A stretch of 64,000 nucleotides of DNA, taken from Octopus sinensis (taxonomy: Eukaryota). The DNA is taken from contig NC_043000.1 in the NCBI RefSeq assembly GCF_006345805.1, forward strand, positions 111,104,001 to 111,168,000. Reading direction: 5' to 3'. This document shows positions 1-14,505 of the stretch, one piece after another. Below the pieces are notes generated by a model. It saw only the letters and a list, made by a program, of their open reading frames with translations. It was not told the DNA's origin and did not search any database. Numbering within the stretch: position 1 is the stretch's first letter; each line of letters opens with the position of its first letter. The translations under genes and the position numbers were made by a program.

Positions 1-495
1 AGCACGCAAGTCATTATGCAAATCATTGTCTCCTATTTAGGCACAGGCGTAACTGTGTGGTAAGAAGCTTGGTTCTGGGTTCAGTCCCACTGCGTGGCAC
101 CTTCGGCAAGTGTCTTCTACTATAAACTGTATGCTGCATATAAGCTTGGAAAGAGGAGTAACTCTTTGGTAAGAAGCTTGCTATCCAACCACATGGTTCC
201 AGATTCAGTCCCACTGCGTGGCACCTTGGGCAAGTGTCTTCTACTATAGCCTCGGGCCGACCAAAGTCTTGTGATTGGACCTGGTAGAAGGAAACCGAAA
301 GAAGCCCGTCGTATATATATATATATATGTGTGTGTGTATTTGTGTCTGTGTTTATTCCCCCACCATCACTTGACAACCGTTGTCGGTGTGTTTATGTCC
401 TCCTAACATAGCGGTTCGACAAATAAATAAATCCTGGGGTCGATTTGTTCGACTAAAAGGCGGTGCTCCAGCTTGGCCGCAGTCAAATGACTGAA
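1..495 (+). mobile_element. SINE family A (tRNA-derived head plus CORE-like ACCTTGGGCAAGT domain), with the head duplicated locally
   Basis: TGGCTGTGTGGTAAGAAG...GGTTCAGTCCC...CACCTTGGGCAAGTGTCTTCTACTATAGCC...GGAAACTGAAAGAAGCCCGTC consensus. Similar copies at about 4190-4625(+), 4640-5050(-), 10190-10600(+), 13785-14180(+), 24955-25100(+), 41340-41515(-), 47560-47930(+), 55600-56160(-), 60830-61320 and 62660-62990(+). Confidence 0.8.
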
Positions 496-643
496 ACGAG
501 TAAAGATTAAAGTATATCTTAGAGTTAAACCTACGAAACAGAAAAATTTCCCTTTGCGATTGAAAACGAATTATAAAAAAAGTAACAAAGAAACAATGCC
601 TCGAGGGAAATGGTTAGAGTTAAAAACCCGAGAGAGAAGTCAC

Positions 644-690
<47 letters not shown>

Positions 691-699
691 GACTCTCAA

Positions 700-1345
700 A
701 ACGTGCTAGGATGGTGATGAGACGAGGAAAGCTTGCCAGGACAGAAAGCATATTGTTGCCAAATAGTGGAATGATGAAGGCAATTCAACCTCAATCCAGC
801 TATAGATACTTGGGAATGTTCGAGGCAGATGGAATCAAACACAATGACATGAAAGAAACGACAAAGCTGAATACCAGAAACATAATATCGACAATAAACT
901 CGCGCACAGTTGCAGTAGTTCGGTTTGGTGCTGGAATCCTGGAGTGGACAGTGAAGGAGCTAAAGGAAATGGACAGGAAGTCAAGAAAGCTCTTAACGAT
1001 GCATGGAGCCCATCATCCACGTGTAGATACTGATCGCCATTACATGAAGAGAGAAAATGGAGGAATGGGACTGATAAATGTGGAAGACTGCGTGCGTATC
1101 GAACTCGAAAGCTTAATGAGATACCTAGCACAAAGTAAGGAAACCTTGCTAGCGACAGCTGAGAAAGAAAGAGTATTGAGAGCAGAGGAAAAGAGAAGAC
1201 AAAGGAAGAAGTACAAAAAGGACATGAAGAAGAATTGAGGGACTACACAATCAATTCCATGTAGCCACAACAGAAATTGCTGGAAAAAATAGGTAGCATT
1301 GGCTGATGAAAGGAACCCTTAAAAATGACCGAGAGATTATGGAAT
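700..1345 (+). mobile_element. Non-LTR retrotransposon fragment (R4/Dong-like), RT C-terminal and thumb region
   Basis: Translation includes YRYLGM, RFGAGILEWT, HPRVDTDRHYMKRENGGMGLINVEDC; deletions and stops present. Confidence 0.75.
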
Positions 1346-1872
1346 GTATGAACCTATTTGGTATTGCATCGAATGTTGAGCGATTGCTTGGAAAAAGTAT
1401 GGCGAAGTGGAGGACGGAACTGACAGCATAGGAAAGAAGTTTAGGGACAATAGAGATCAGGAGAGGCATCTTCGAAAGGGACTGCCTGTCCCCACAGATC
1501 TTTGTACCGTGCATGATACCACTAACACTGATTCTGAGGAAAGCAAAGGCTGGGTATTTATTCAAAAGTCGCCAACAAAAAGTCAACCATTTGTTATTCA
1601 TGGATGACCTCAAACTTTATGGTAAAGATGAATCCCAAGTCAGTTCCCTCGGTGATACGGTGTATACTTTCAGTGCTGATATCAGAATGGAGTTTGGACA
1701 GAGAAAGTGTGGTGTGTTAGTCTTGAAGAGAGGCAAAATCAAATGTATGGATATCGACGCGGTAGGTTATGAAGCAAATAGAAGAAACGGGCTATAAGTA
1801 CTTCAGGATGTTGGAAATGGATAAATTGATGGAGAAAGAAATGACAGAACAATTTAATGTGGAGTACTTGCG
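1346..1872 (+). mobile_element. Second R4/Dong-like LINE fragment, RT core
   Basis: IRRGIF..CLSP, NHLLFMDDLKLYGK, FGQRKCGVLVLKRGK, then a YKY motif; frameshifted. Confidence 0.8.
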
Positions 1873-2759
1873 CAGACTAATTATTTTCGCTTTGTAAGAA
1901 TTGTCTAGCTTCGAAAAATGCTCAATTTAGTTTAATTTATTTATCTGAGATTATGCCGTGCTGATGATTTCAAATAAAGATGAAATGGTACTAAAGGTGG
2001 TCACCTAAAAATGAATATTTTAAGATTTTTACGAGAACAAAAAGAATTAAATGTGTATATTCCATGCACATTCAACTTTACTCCTGAATTTAAAATTCAA
2101 ATTTCCTATCCTGCCATAATTTAATCTAGAAAATATTGTCTCCCATAAAATAGCAGATCGCCAAGGCTGCTCCACGTTGTGTTGATTTTAGTGCAATTTT
2201 CCTGCAACCTCTTTTTGGTTAAGAGACTACGTGGAGGATTTCTCAGTGCAGATGCAGAAATAGTAGCTAGAATATTGACAGGTTATGTATAAACCAGTCT
2301 ATTTGAGAATTAACTTTTCCCCTCGTCATCATATCTTAAAACTGAGAAGTAATATCCCAAAAGTCGGAGTAAAACTGGACTGGCTTTTGTCTACAGCTGA
2401 TAAGAAACCAACAAAATAACAACTTCACTAGCAGTGCTTCTTCCGATCGTCCAGCAATAACATTATATACAGTTTATTTACGTTTTAGCACATTTTCTTT
2501 TCTTCTCTTTATAATTTTCGTCTATAACTACAAACCAGATGTGTCTGTGCCTCTCCAACAATAGGGAGTATTCCCCATATTTCATTCCATAATGACTGCC
2601 TCTGATGAGCGCAGGATTACATAATCGGACTGTTACTTAACACTCCGTTGAACCCCCAGTGCGAAACTGGTTGGTATATATATTAATATATACATCGTAG
2701 CTCTTAGCTCCGGCATTTGAAACTCTGAGTACTATTATAACAACTTATTGATTATCCTA

Positions 2760-2817
<58 letters not shown>

Positions 2818-3029
2818 AAATTTACAGAAAAACAAAAGATGAAAACAGATGTATGAACAACAAGAAGGTGTATTAGTTTGACGCTCGGAAATGGGAGAAA
2901 GTCTTTTACGTTTCGAACCTACGCTCTTCAACAGAAAGGAACACGAGGAAATAAACAGGAAGAGAATAAAAAAACTTTGGGAATTAGCGGTCAATCATGG
3001 CGACTGGCTGGACAAAGGTAGTTCGACAG

Positions 3030-3112
<83 letters not shown>

Positions 3113-3164
3113 GCATATTTACATATATAAATATATACACACACACATATATATATTTAATCCT

Positions 3165-3578
3165 CTATTACCCACAAGGGGCTAAACATAGAGGGGACAA
3201 ACAAGGATAGACAAAGAGATTAAGTCGATTACATCGATCCCAGTGCATAAATGGTACTTATTTAATCGACCCCGAAAGGATGAAAGGCAAAGTTGACCTC
3301 GGCGGAATTTGAACTCAGAACTTAGCGACAGACGAAATACCTATTTCTGTTTCTTTACTGCACACAAGGGGCTACACACAGAGAGTACAAACAAGGACAG
3401 ACAAACAGATTAAGTTGATTATATCGAGCCCTGTGCGTAACTGATACTTATTTAATCGACCCCGAAAGGATGAAAGGCTAAGTCGACGTCGGCGGAATTT
3501 GAACCCAGAACGTAACGGCAGACGAAATATCGCTAAGCATTTCGCCCGGCGTGCTAACGTTTCTACCAGCTCGCCGCC
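3165..3578 (-). mobile_element. SINE family B, dimeric copy
   Basis: Consensus GGCGGCGAGCTGGCAGAAACGTTAGCACGCCGGGCG...GAGTTCAAATTCCGCCGAGGTCGACTTTGCC with a tRNA B box. Other copies at about 5560-5790(+), 13560-13735(-), 14215-14410(+), 30710-30930(+), 35650-35850(-), 42175-42380(+), 42465-42670(+), 48262-48395(-), 49425-49580(+) and 51528-51760(+). Confidence 0.8.
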
Positions 3579-3586
3579 TTCACACA

Positions 3587-3617
<31 letters not shown>

Positions 3618-3656
3618 CACACACACATATATATAATATATATATATATATATTAC

Positions 3657-3710
<54 letters not shown>

Positions 3711-4343
3711 TATATATATAATATATATATAATATATATATACATGCACACTGATACGCCCATACACACATCTTTCTCTTTCTCTCTCTCTCTCTTTGCT
3801 TGTAGCTACATTGATGTTTATATCAAATGGATCTCATAAATCGATTAATAAATCAACATTGTATTCGATGAATTAATCCGAAAATTGATTTGCAACTTCA
3901 AAATAAGACTGACTACCGAGAAAGCTTCAACACACAGATGTACTGTTTCAAGTAGTGTTGCGCACAATACAAGCACAATTACACTTTCAATCAATTTTAC
4001 TGGAACACTTCCCATTCAGACATTTTCCAAGAGTACGTGGCTAAGATGCTCGCTTCATAACCATGAAATTACAGGTTCGATCCCGCTGTGTAGAAAACTT
4101 AGCAGATTGTCTTCTAATTTAACGCTTAGTTGACCCACAATTTATCGACTGAAATTTGGTAAACGAGAACTGTGCAGAAATCCAGCGTGAGTGGCTGTGT
4201 GTTACGTAGCTTGCTGACCAAACACATGGTTCTGGGTTCAGTCCCACCGCGTGGCATCTTGGGCAAGTGTCTTCTACCATAACCTCGGGCCGCCCAAACC
4301 CTTGTGAGTGGATTTGGTAGACGGAAACTGTAAGAAGCTCGTC

Positions 4344-4385
<42 letters not shown>

Positions 4386-4386
4386 T

Positions 4387-4424
<38 letters not shown>

Positions 4425-4619
4425 CGTGTGTGTGTGTGTGTCTGTCTGTCCCCCACCATTACTTGACAACCGATGCTGGTGTGTTTACGTTCCCGTAACT
4501 TAACGGTTCGGCAAAAGAGACCGATAGAATAAGTACTAGGCTTACAAAGAATAAGTCCCGGGGTCGATTTGCACGACTAAAGGCTATGCTCCGGCATGGC
4601 TGCAGTCAAATGACTGAAA

Positions 4620-4668
<49 letters not shown>

Positions 4669-5390
4669 ATATATAATATATATATACTGTTACATGTTTC
4701 GGTCATTTGACTGTAGCCATGCTGGAACACCACTTTTGGTCGAAAAAACGACCCTAGGACTTATTCCTTGTAAGTCTAGTACTTATTCTATCAGTATCTT
4801 TTGCCGAACCGTAAAGTTTCAGGGATATAAACACAGCAACAATGGTTGTCAAGTGATAGTAGTGGCAGAGGGGGACACACAGACACACACAAAAATATAT
4901 ATACATATATATACACACCACGGGCTTCTTTCAGTTTCCGGAACCAAATCCACTAACAAGGCTTTGGTTGGTCCGAGGCTATAGTAGAAGATGCCCAAGG
5001 CGACATGCAGTGGGACTGAACCCGGAGACATGTGGCTGGGAAGCCAGCCTCTTATATATATATATATATATATATATAACCGTGATCACCGCGACCGACC
5101 AGGCTATCAGATGTTGCTACACATCGCTGGTCACAATGCACTTCGCATTGTTTTAGCCTTCAAATGACGCCCCCCCCCCCGGCTGGCTAAGCGAGCAGGC
5201 CAACAGAAGAAAGAGTGAGAGAAAGTTGTGGTGAAAGAGTACAGCAGGAATCGCGACCACCCCCTGCCGGAGCTTCGTGGAATTTTGGGTGTTTTCGCTC
5301 AATAAACACTCACAACGCCCGGTCTGGGAATCGAAACCGCGATCCTACGACCGCAAGTCCGCTGCCCTAACCACTGGGCCATTGCGCCAC

Positions 5391-5422
<32 letters not shown>

Positions 5423-7519
5423 TATATATATATAGGATCTTTTCGGTTTGAACGGCAGTTATTCTAGCGGTGTCATATGAAATTGTCACCCATAATTATG
5501 ACCCTAGTATCGATCTTTGTCGGACCATTCTGTTCATGCGGATGATATAACTAGAATTAGGCGGCGAGCTGGTAGAAACGTTAGCACGCCGGGCGAAATG
5601 CTTAGCGGTATTTCGTCTGCCGTTACGTTCTGAGTTCAAATTCCGCCGAGGTCGACTTTGCCTTTCATCCTTTCGGGGTCGATAAATTAAGAACCAGTTA
5701 CGCACTGGGGTCGATACAATCGACTTAATCCGTTTGTCTGTCCTTGTTTGTCCCTTCTGTGTTTAGCCCCTTGTGGGTAGTAAAGAAATAGATATAACTA
5801 GAATTAAATTTGCAGGTGCTAAGATACAATACGACGCTCTGTATAATATTATTCTAAGACGAGTCGAAAATATGAGGGGTGACTAGTTTAAACCCCATAG
5901 ATTAATTATTTTGGGGGAAGAATTTATAAATTGATAGATATTTCTGTCTACAGGCAATTGACATCAGATATCTTAATAAGTAAGCTTTTTATTTTGTTGC
6001 CACGGGGAACGTGGTTCGCCTCCTTCCTGCATAAATTGGAATTTTTAGTGTTGACTGTGTTGATAGCCCAGTATTCGGGTCCAATGCTTCTCTGGAAATG
6101 CCCTAACTTTACACCTTATCAGGACCTAAGACTTTTGCTTTACACTGAAATTATACTTTACACACACACACACATATAAAATACTTTTTCTATTCCTGAG
6201 CGTTATACTAATACATCTGTTTGTTTTGTACACCACCTGTCTTCGTCTTTTGTTTTTTTCGTAAACTCTCCCTATATATATATATATATATATATACGGC
6301 AATAAGAAAATGGAGGGGATCAAGAGGTGGTATTCAGCAACTTTTAGACATTATATTATGTCTATTTATTTATTTTTAAAACAAAAAACATTATAACAAT
6401 ATACATATATATATAGCATAATATGCTTTACATATACAATATATAAAAAATACCAGTAATTATTAAAATATATAACGTAGATCACAAAAGATAGAATAAT
6501 ATCTAACAGCTGTAAGCTTACGTCCTCGTAATCTAGCGGTTCCACAAAAAGAGACCGATAAAATAAGTACCAGGTCTATTTGTTCGACTAAATCTTCAAG
6601 GTGGTGCCCCAACATGGCCGCTATCTAATAACTTTAACAGGTAAAAGAAGGTATTGAAGATCTTTGTCTTATCAAAATTAGTAGCAATTCAATTTACTGT
6701 TTTCTACATTCCAGATACCTCTTTCAAGAATGGTAAATGCCTGAAGAGAATATGATGTGCCACACTCCTCTCACTTGACCGAATTTAATGAAATATTTCT
6801 CACCAAAGAAGATTATGTTTATGGTCGAAAACGAAAACACTCACCACAATTACGAAATACACAATCCAACTTAAATGGACGCAAGTTCTCGCCATAGTTC
6901 TAAATGTAATGGATACAGAGAAACGACGAGAATTTTAATAAATAGCACAACTATTGGAAAGCAAACGTGTGAATCCAACAAGATTTCTCTTCTAATATTT
7001 ACCATTTTCTTATAATGTTCCCAAGTAACGGATGATGCAATAAGGACCGCGGAAATGAGTCCTTGATCCACTTCCAATACACATTGTCAGCCATTCCAAC
7101 TTACTTTCTTCTGTCTCTCGAAGAAAGGCATGAATGCTACAATTGGCTGTTTTTCTCTTTTAAGAGTTTAAACTTTAAATATTTGCGACAGAAATCGTTA
7201 TTTATGTTTTCGATACATTCCCCAAAGTTGGTGAAATTGCCAAACAAGGGTTCGAATTCCCAAGCAAGCCGAATTCTCGATACTCCTACAATTTTTGGCT
7301 TCAACTATTTCGTATCCTTTATAAATTTAGTGCTTTGGAGAAAACATAAACATCACCTAGTAACATCCAAATATTTTTATAAATATAAATCATGGGTCCC
7401 TAGTTACATTTTTCTGAAAACATCTTCCGTGTTTGTTACAACCCTTTCTTGTTGGACAGAAAAGGATATCTTTTTTATTCTCATATTAATTCGACAGTAA
7501 GAATTGAACCTGGTAAAAG

Positions 7520-7848
7520 ATGAAGCTGGGTTACTTTTTCAGTTCTCCTCATCGACATTTTGTTATCCTAATAGTGAATCTACTTGCATCAAGTTTAGTT
7601 TCTTCCGATGAAATTGTCGTTCAAGGAGTCGGTGCCAGTTTCCCAGCCGAAGTCTACGCACAATGGATTAACAATTACATGCCCACGAGAAGAGCTTTCA
7701 CCAACCTGGCAATATACTACAATGTAACGGGGAGTAGTAAAGGCCTGAAAGCCATCCAGCAGGATGAGTTTGTGGATTTTGCTGGCTCTGAAACATTGCT
7801 ACCAGCAAATGCAAGCAGCAACCTGAAAATGCTTCCAACTATGGCTGG
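7520..7848 (+). CDS. Coding exon 1 of 3 of a PstS-ectodomain receptor guanylyl-cyclase-like protein: signal peptide plus N-terminal part of the PstS/PBP2 phosphate-binding domain
   Basis: ATG at 7520, then a hydrophobic stretch (FVILIVNLLASSLVSS). GVGASFPAEVYAQW, GSSKG and VDFAGSE match PstS GAGATFPAPVYAKW, GSSGG and VDFGASD. GG|GTAAG donor at 7849 (phase 2) fits the acceptor at 14505. Confidence 0.92.
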
Positions 7849-8150
7849 GTAAGCTATGAATCTATTATCAATTCTGATCTGATTTCTGTACAGTTTCGTA
7901 CAAACATGCGTTCACGTTCCTTCTTTGACGTTTCACATTCTTCAGTTTTTATGGCGCAACTACAACCTCGACTTTCCGGATACTGGCGGTCAGGAACTTC
8001 TTATAATACGGATTAATTGACGAGTAGGTCAGCAGTTTTTCTCTGGGAGGGAGTTACTGGATTATACCGACTCTAGGACTTGACTCGTATTGAATTTCAA
8101 CGATTCTGGAGGCATGAAAGGCAAAGTTGACCTCGGAGGTTAACTTTTAG

Positions 8151-8358
<208 letters not shown>

Positions 8359-11300
8359 GAGAAGTGAGGTGAGAGAATAGATGTTTATTTCGTTTGTTTA
8401 CAGCTGTTTCGTGATTTAGTTATATGATAGATGTTACATTATATTGGACTCAGCTGTCGTAAACGACAGACCAGGTTTCCGTAATCTATTACTGAAATCC
8501 CAGTAGAGATGATTTATTTACAGTGAGCAAAAGTATGTACAGTGCTGCACTGTGTGTCACAGGTCAAATGTCGAAGTGATGGCAGAGCAACGTAAAGTTT
8601 CTTGCTCAAGAAAACAACCCACCGTCCGGTCTAGGAATCGAAACCAGGAAATTGCGATTGTATGTGCGCAATACCACTAGACCACGCGCCTACACACACA
8701 CACAGGTATGTGTGTGTATACCTGTATATGTTTATAAGTATGTGTGCGTGAATCATGAGCTCATGGAATATATAGCATACACACATACATACATATACAT
8801 ACACACACTCAGAAACATAAATAAACACACACATATATCCATGATGTATAGATGCATACATAGGAAGATAAATTAAATGAAATGCTTTGAATATTGATAA
8901 TGGATAATCGGTTAATCTACAATAGTATTTCGTTGCTAAAATAATTAGTATTATGCAAGTTTTGTTTTATGAGCAACACAAGTCATGATTTATTGTTTAT
9001 TCCATAAAACGCCTGAACGGTGGGTGAATACAAAACGTAGCCAGCTTTAAGCTGAAGAGCTTTCACAACACAAATACCACATTGAAAAGTAATAAAAAAA
9101 CATCATAAAACAATATGCGTGTGTGTATGTGTGTATGTGGTTGCATTTATGTTGGTACGTATGTATGTACTTATGTATGTATTACTTACGTATGTATGTA
9201 CTATGTATCTATGTATCTCGTAAGTATGTGTGCATGTATATATGTAATTGGTGACGAATCAACGATGTCACCGAAGCCCTACAATTAAATCGATTATAGG
9301 AGTTTCCCCCACCAGTATATTAGCAATTGAAAGGAAATACTATGCATCAGCTAAATTTCTAGGGTAAACTTCCTGGCTATGTTGCCCAGGTTCGATCTCG
9401 CTCTGCGGCACATTCAGACATTGAGCGTCCTTCACTACAATTTCAGGACAGCAAAAGCCTTGTGAGAGAAATATGGTTAATGGAAAATGCGTGCCAATTC
9501 ATTACATGGAACGGTTCTTGTGCTTGGGTGATAGCGGTTTTTAGATGATAGATTTTTTTGGTGTAATAACCCAGCTAAACACCACGAAAAGGTCCTTGGG
9601 AGACTTTAAAAAAGTACACTTTGTGGTATGCATTCAGGTCAGAGTTTTCCGACTGGGAGTAACTTTCCTTTTTTTCTCCCAGACCCCAACAAATATCAAA
9701 GCCACTTCCTTCTTTTTTTTCTCTATAAGCGATAAAAAATAAATTTAGATTCGTTTCCTTCCTGGTTGATCACCGGATTGTAAATGTGAGCTTTGAGCAA
9801 AAGATCATTCGCAAATCTCAGTTCCTAAATATTGCTTTAATGAAAGGAAAACGGGACGTCGTATGTGTGTGTAGAGGCATTATTTATGTCTGATGACATA
9901 CCGAAGAGTTAGAGTCGTGGCCTCGATACATCTTCCAGGTAAAACACCTCAAATGAAGCGAGAGAAACAAGAGATTAATCAATTGGACGGCGTGAAAGGT
10001 TACAACAGGTAGACAAATCTTTCAAAAGATGGTGGATAAAATGTAATCATCATCATCATCATCATCCGGTCATGCTTGTTGCACAGATTGCCGTAACTCA
10101 TTCTCTCCTGACTAAAGAACAAAATGAAAACGCAAAACTAATTAACACAAAACTAATTAACGCAAAAATAATTCACGCAAAAGTTGGTGCAGGCGTAGCT
10201 ATGCAGTAAGAAGTTTACTTCTCGGCCACGTGGTTTTGGGTTCAGTCCCACAGCTTGCTACGTTGGGCAAGTGTTTTTCTACGATAGCTTCGGGCCGACC
10301 CAAGCCGTGTTAGTGGATTTGCGAGACGGAAACTGAAGGAAGCTCGTTGTAGGCACGCATGTGTGTGTGTATCTGTGAGTGTGTGTGTGTGGGTGGGTGT
10401 GTGTGTGTCCACCACCACCACCACCACGGTTTGGTGCAAATGTGTCTATGTCCCAGTTACTTAGCGGTTCGGCAACAGAGGTCGATAGAATAAGTACCAG
10501 GCATTACAAAAAACATAATGATGACAAGTACTGCTGTCGATTCGTCCCTTCAAGGCGGTGCCCCATTATGGCCACAATCTAATGACTGAAACAAATAAAA
10601 GATATAATGGAAAAAGGAAAGAAGTCTACAGACATTTCGTGCGAAACCTTTATCGAGATGGAATCAGAAAGCATTTTCATTGTAAATCATTTTGAAGTGG
10701 GTTGCAGGGTCCCAAAGGAGCCGATACATCCCCCTTTGAGAAACGCTGTTCAAAATTTACGATTAAAATGCAAGGTTGGAAAGTAAATTCTGTTGTATAT
10801 TTTACGTGACCACTTTGGGAGTACTTTTTCAATACTTACCTTAAAATAAGCATTTTGAGGCACTGTGGGGTAACTAATGATGTGCACTACCGACTTCTGC
10901 AAGCCATAAGTGGGAGTTGTGTAGTAGCTGGAGACCAATCCACATGTCCACACCTGAAGATGTGCGGCTAAAAGGTTTACAAAAGTACTTCTTATTTTCT
11001 ACGCCAAATACAATCTTTTAGAAGGAATTAGTCTTATAATAACGTGTAGAGTTGATTTAATGTGGCGAGATTCAAGCTAAAATTCAACAGGGAAGGGCAA
11101 TGTCGGCGGATGAATCGATTCATGTATAAAGTTATTGATTGATTCATTAGCCAGCGTAGTGAGGCGTGTAAAGTGGTTAAATATGATGTCGCATGGTGTT
11201 CTCATGTGACACTCAGCTGAACAATCGTTAGTGATAATTCTGAACTGGGATCTGTTCAATAAAAGATGTATAAAACTGCATAATTTAAAATATTTTCTGA

Positions 11301-11606
11301 TACTATCGTTAGCATATCGATCATAGTCCCCCATCTAACAAATTTCGATCCTCCGCCTGGTTTATGTACGTATGTATGTATGTATGTATGTATGTATGTA
11401 TGTATGTATGTATGTATTATGTATGTATGTACAAGACATTGTAGATCTTTAGCTGGGCTAAAAAGTCACATTCGATCACAGCACCAGTAACAGTTAAGCT
11501 TCGTGCAATGGCCATACTCGATAACGAGGGGGCAGTCATAATGTATGTGTGTATGTATGTATGTATGTATGTATGTATGTATGTATGTATGTATTATGTA
11601 TGTATA

Positions 11607-11651
<45 letters not shown>

Positions 11652-12560
11652 TGTATGTATGTATATATATATGTATATATATATATATATATTAATAGTT
11701 ATCGCCATATTAATATGGCAGTCTATAAATATAAGACTAAAGCTGTCGTTGATTAGCTCCAAGAGGCCATCGCCTCTAGCTAGCTATATGACACACGAAC
11801 CTGCGTCCATTACAACCTTCGAACAGGGGAGGTCAGCCGCTTCACCTTGCTAGTCAGACATCTGCAGACATGTTTCAGGGTTGTTGCCCTTTATCAATGC
11901 AGCATAGTCAGACCCAGCAGGTGTCGCTACTGACCGTCTGTTCGAAGATTTTATTTACCTAGTTACAGTGGAATACATCCACTTGTTTTCATTAATAGAA
12001 ATATTAAAATTACTAAGTCTCTCTAAAGGATAAATAGAGAAAACGGAATATACCAACACAAAAAAAGATTATTACCACCACAATTGTTTCATCTTCAAGA
12101 TGCACTGTTCCCTTGTGGGCGACGAACGATGTAATAACGCAACATGCAACGCACAATGCATAGAAGACTCTTCAGGTGGGATAAAATAGTTTTAAGCTGG
12201 GAGATTTACATTTAGGTTTTTGCAGTATGGAGAGGTTTTAATAGTTAGACGCACAAACAAATAGACGCACTCATTTATAGGTTTAAATCAATGCAAAGAG
12301 ATACAGACGTGCACATTAATATATATACTTGTGGGCAGACGCCAGCACACACCACATGATATGTATGTCAGTCAATAACATACGCACACAGCTATACACA
12401 CATACACAGCTATATACACATACACAAACACACCTTGAGAGAGAGACAAGGGGGAGGCGGGGGCAGGTAGGCAGACAGAGACAGACAGACAGAGAGATTT
12501 TTTATTGCGGTCAGAGCTTGATTAACAAATCATTATGTGTGTGTGTATATATATATATAC

Positions 12561-12629
<69 letters not shown>

Positions 12630-12631
12630 CA

Positions 12632-12680
<49 letters not shown>

Positions 12681-12692
12681 TTGGTGTGGGGG

Positions 12693-13070
12693 TGCAATGA
12701 CCCAATGGTTAGGGCAACGGAATCGCGGTTGTGGGATCGCGGTTTCGATTCCCAAAACGGGCGTTGTGAGTGTTTATTGAGCAAAAACACCTAATGCTCC
12801 ACGAGGCTCCGGCAGGGGTTGGTGGCAAACCCTGCCGTACTCTCTTTCACCACAACTTTCTCCCACTCTTTCTTCCTGTTTCTGTTGTACCCGTATTTCA
12901 AAGGGGCCAGCCTTGTTACACTCTGTGTCACGCTGAATCTCCCCGAGAACTACATTAAGGGTACACGTGTCTGTGGAGTGCTCAGCCACTTGCAGGTTAA
13001 TTTCACGAGCAGGCTGCTCCGTTGATCGGATCAACAGGGATCTACGTCGTCGCAAACGGCGGAGTGCCAT
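12693..13070 (+). mobile_element. SINE family C (tRNA-derived), near full length
   Basis: A-box-like TGACCCAATGG and B-box-like GGTTTCGATTCCC. Partial copies at about 5210-5390(-) and 13405-13555(-). Confidence 0.7.
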
Positions 13071-13943
13071 AAATTAATTGGTTAGATCTACTCTTTTACT
13101 CTTTTACTTGTTTCAGTCATTTGACTGTGGCCATGCTGGAGCACCGCCTTTATAACATGAGATGTTAACATCTCACAGAAATTGATTGACTGTAGACAGA
13201 CTAAAGAAACCAGAGTTGAAATTTCTTCCCAATCAAATCAGGTCGAACTCCGGTCGGCATTCATTGCAACTGTTTGTTATTATTCCTTCTCTACACTTCA
13301 TTTTTTAAAAACTGTCAGTTTTCATACCAGTAATTATGGAAAAGTAATACAATAGAATAATACTGGTCTCAAATTTTGGTACAAGGCCTCTGTATTAATT
13401 AATTCGTAGCACTCCGTCGGTTGTGACGATGAAGGTCCCAGTTGATCCGATCAACGGAACAGCCTGCTCGTGAAATTAACGTGCAAGTGGCTGAGTGCTC
13501 CGCAAACACGCATGTCCTTAACGGAGATATTCAGCGAGACAGAGTGTGACAAGGCAATACCGGGGGAGGAGTAAGTCTATTACGTTGACCCCAATTCTCG
13601 TTATTTTATCGGCTCTAAAAAGATGAAAGGCAAAGTTGACCTCGGCGGAATTTGAACTCAGAACATAAAGACTGATGAAATGCAGCGAAGCATTTTGCCC
13701 AGCATCCTAACGATTCTGCCAACTCGCCGCTTCATACAATGAAATAATGTTATTAATAAAATTGATATAATAATGTCATCTTAGGGGCAGGAGTGGCTGT
13801 GTGGTAAGTAGTTTGCTTCCCAACCACATGGTTCTGGGTTCAGTCTCACTGCATGGCACATTGGGCAAGTGTCTCCTACTATAGGATCGACCAAAGCCTT
13901 CTGAGTGGATATAGTAGACGGAAACTGAAAGAAGCCCGTTTTG

Positions 13944-14002
<59 letters not shown>

Positions 14003-14505
14003 TTTGTTTGTTTGTGTGTCTGTGTTTGTCCTCCCAACATCACTTGACAACCGATGAGGTTCGGCAAAGGAGACCAATAGAATAAGTATTAGGCTTACAA
14101 AGAATAAGTCCTGGGTTCGATTTGTTCGACTAAAGGTGGTGCTCCAGGATGGCCGCAGTCAAAATGACTGAAAACAAATAAGAGAATATTAAATATGTCA
14201 AATGCTTTGCTCAGGCGACAAGCTGGCAGAATCGTTAACACGCTGGGAAAAAAACGCTGAGTGACATTTCATCTGACTTCACGTTCAGAGTTCAAATTCC
14301 GCCGAGGTCAAATTTGCGTTTCATTCTTTCGAGGGTCGATAAAATAAGTACCAGTTAAACACTGACTTATTCTTTCTCCGAAATTGCTGACTTTGAGCCG
14401 AAATTTGAAACAATATTTCAACTGTTTTGTTTGATGTATATATATGTGTGTTACAGAGTAATGGTAATGTTTGTTTAATGTATTCTATTACATTTATTAT
14501 TGCAG

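Noticed and set aside
7063-7500. 145-aa ORF just upstream of the receptor ATG
   Set aside because: AT-rich, with no recognisable motif or splice support; probably 5' leader or intron. A possible acceptor at 6714 is unverified.
14471-14505. TTG start of the 994-aa ORF
   Set aside because: Intron 3' end (T-rich tract plus TGCAG); the real N-terminus is at 7520.
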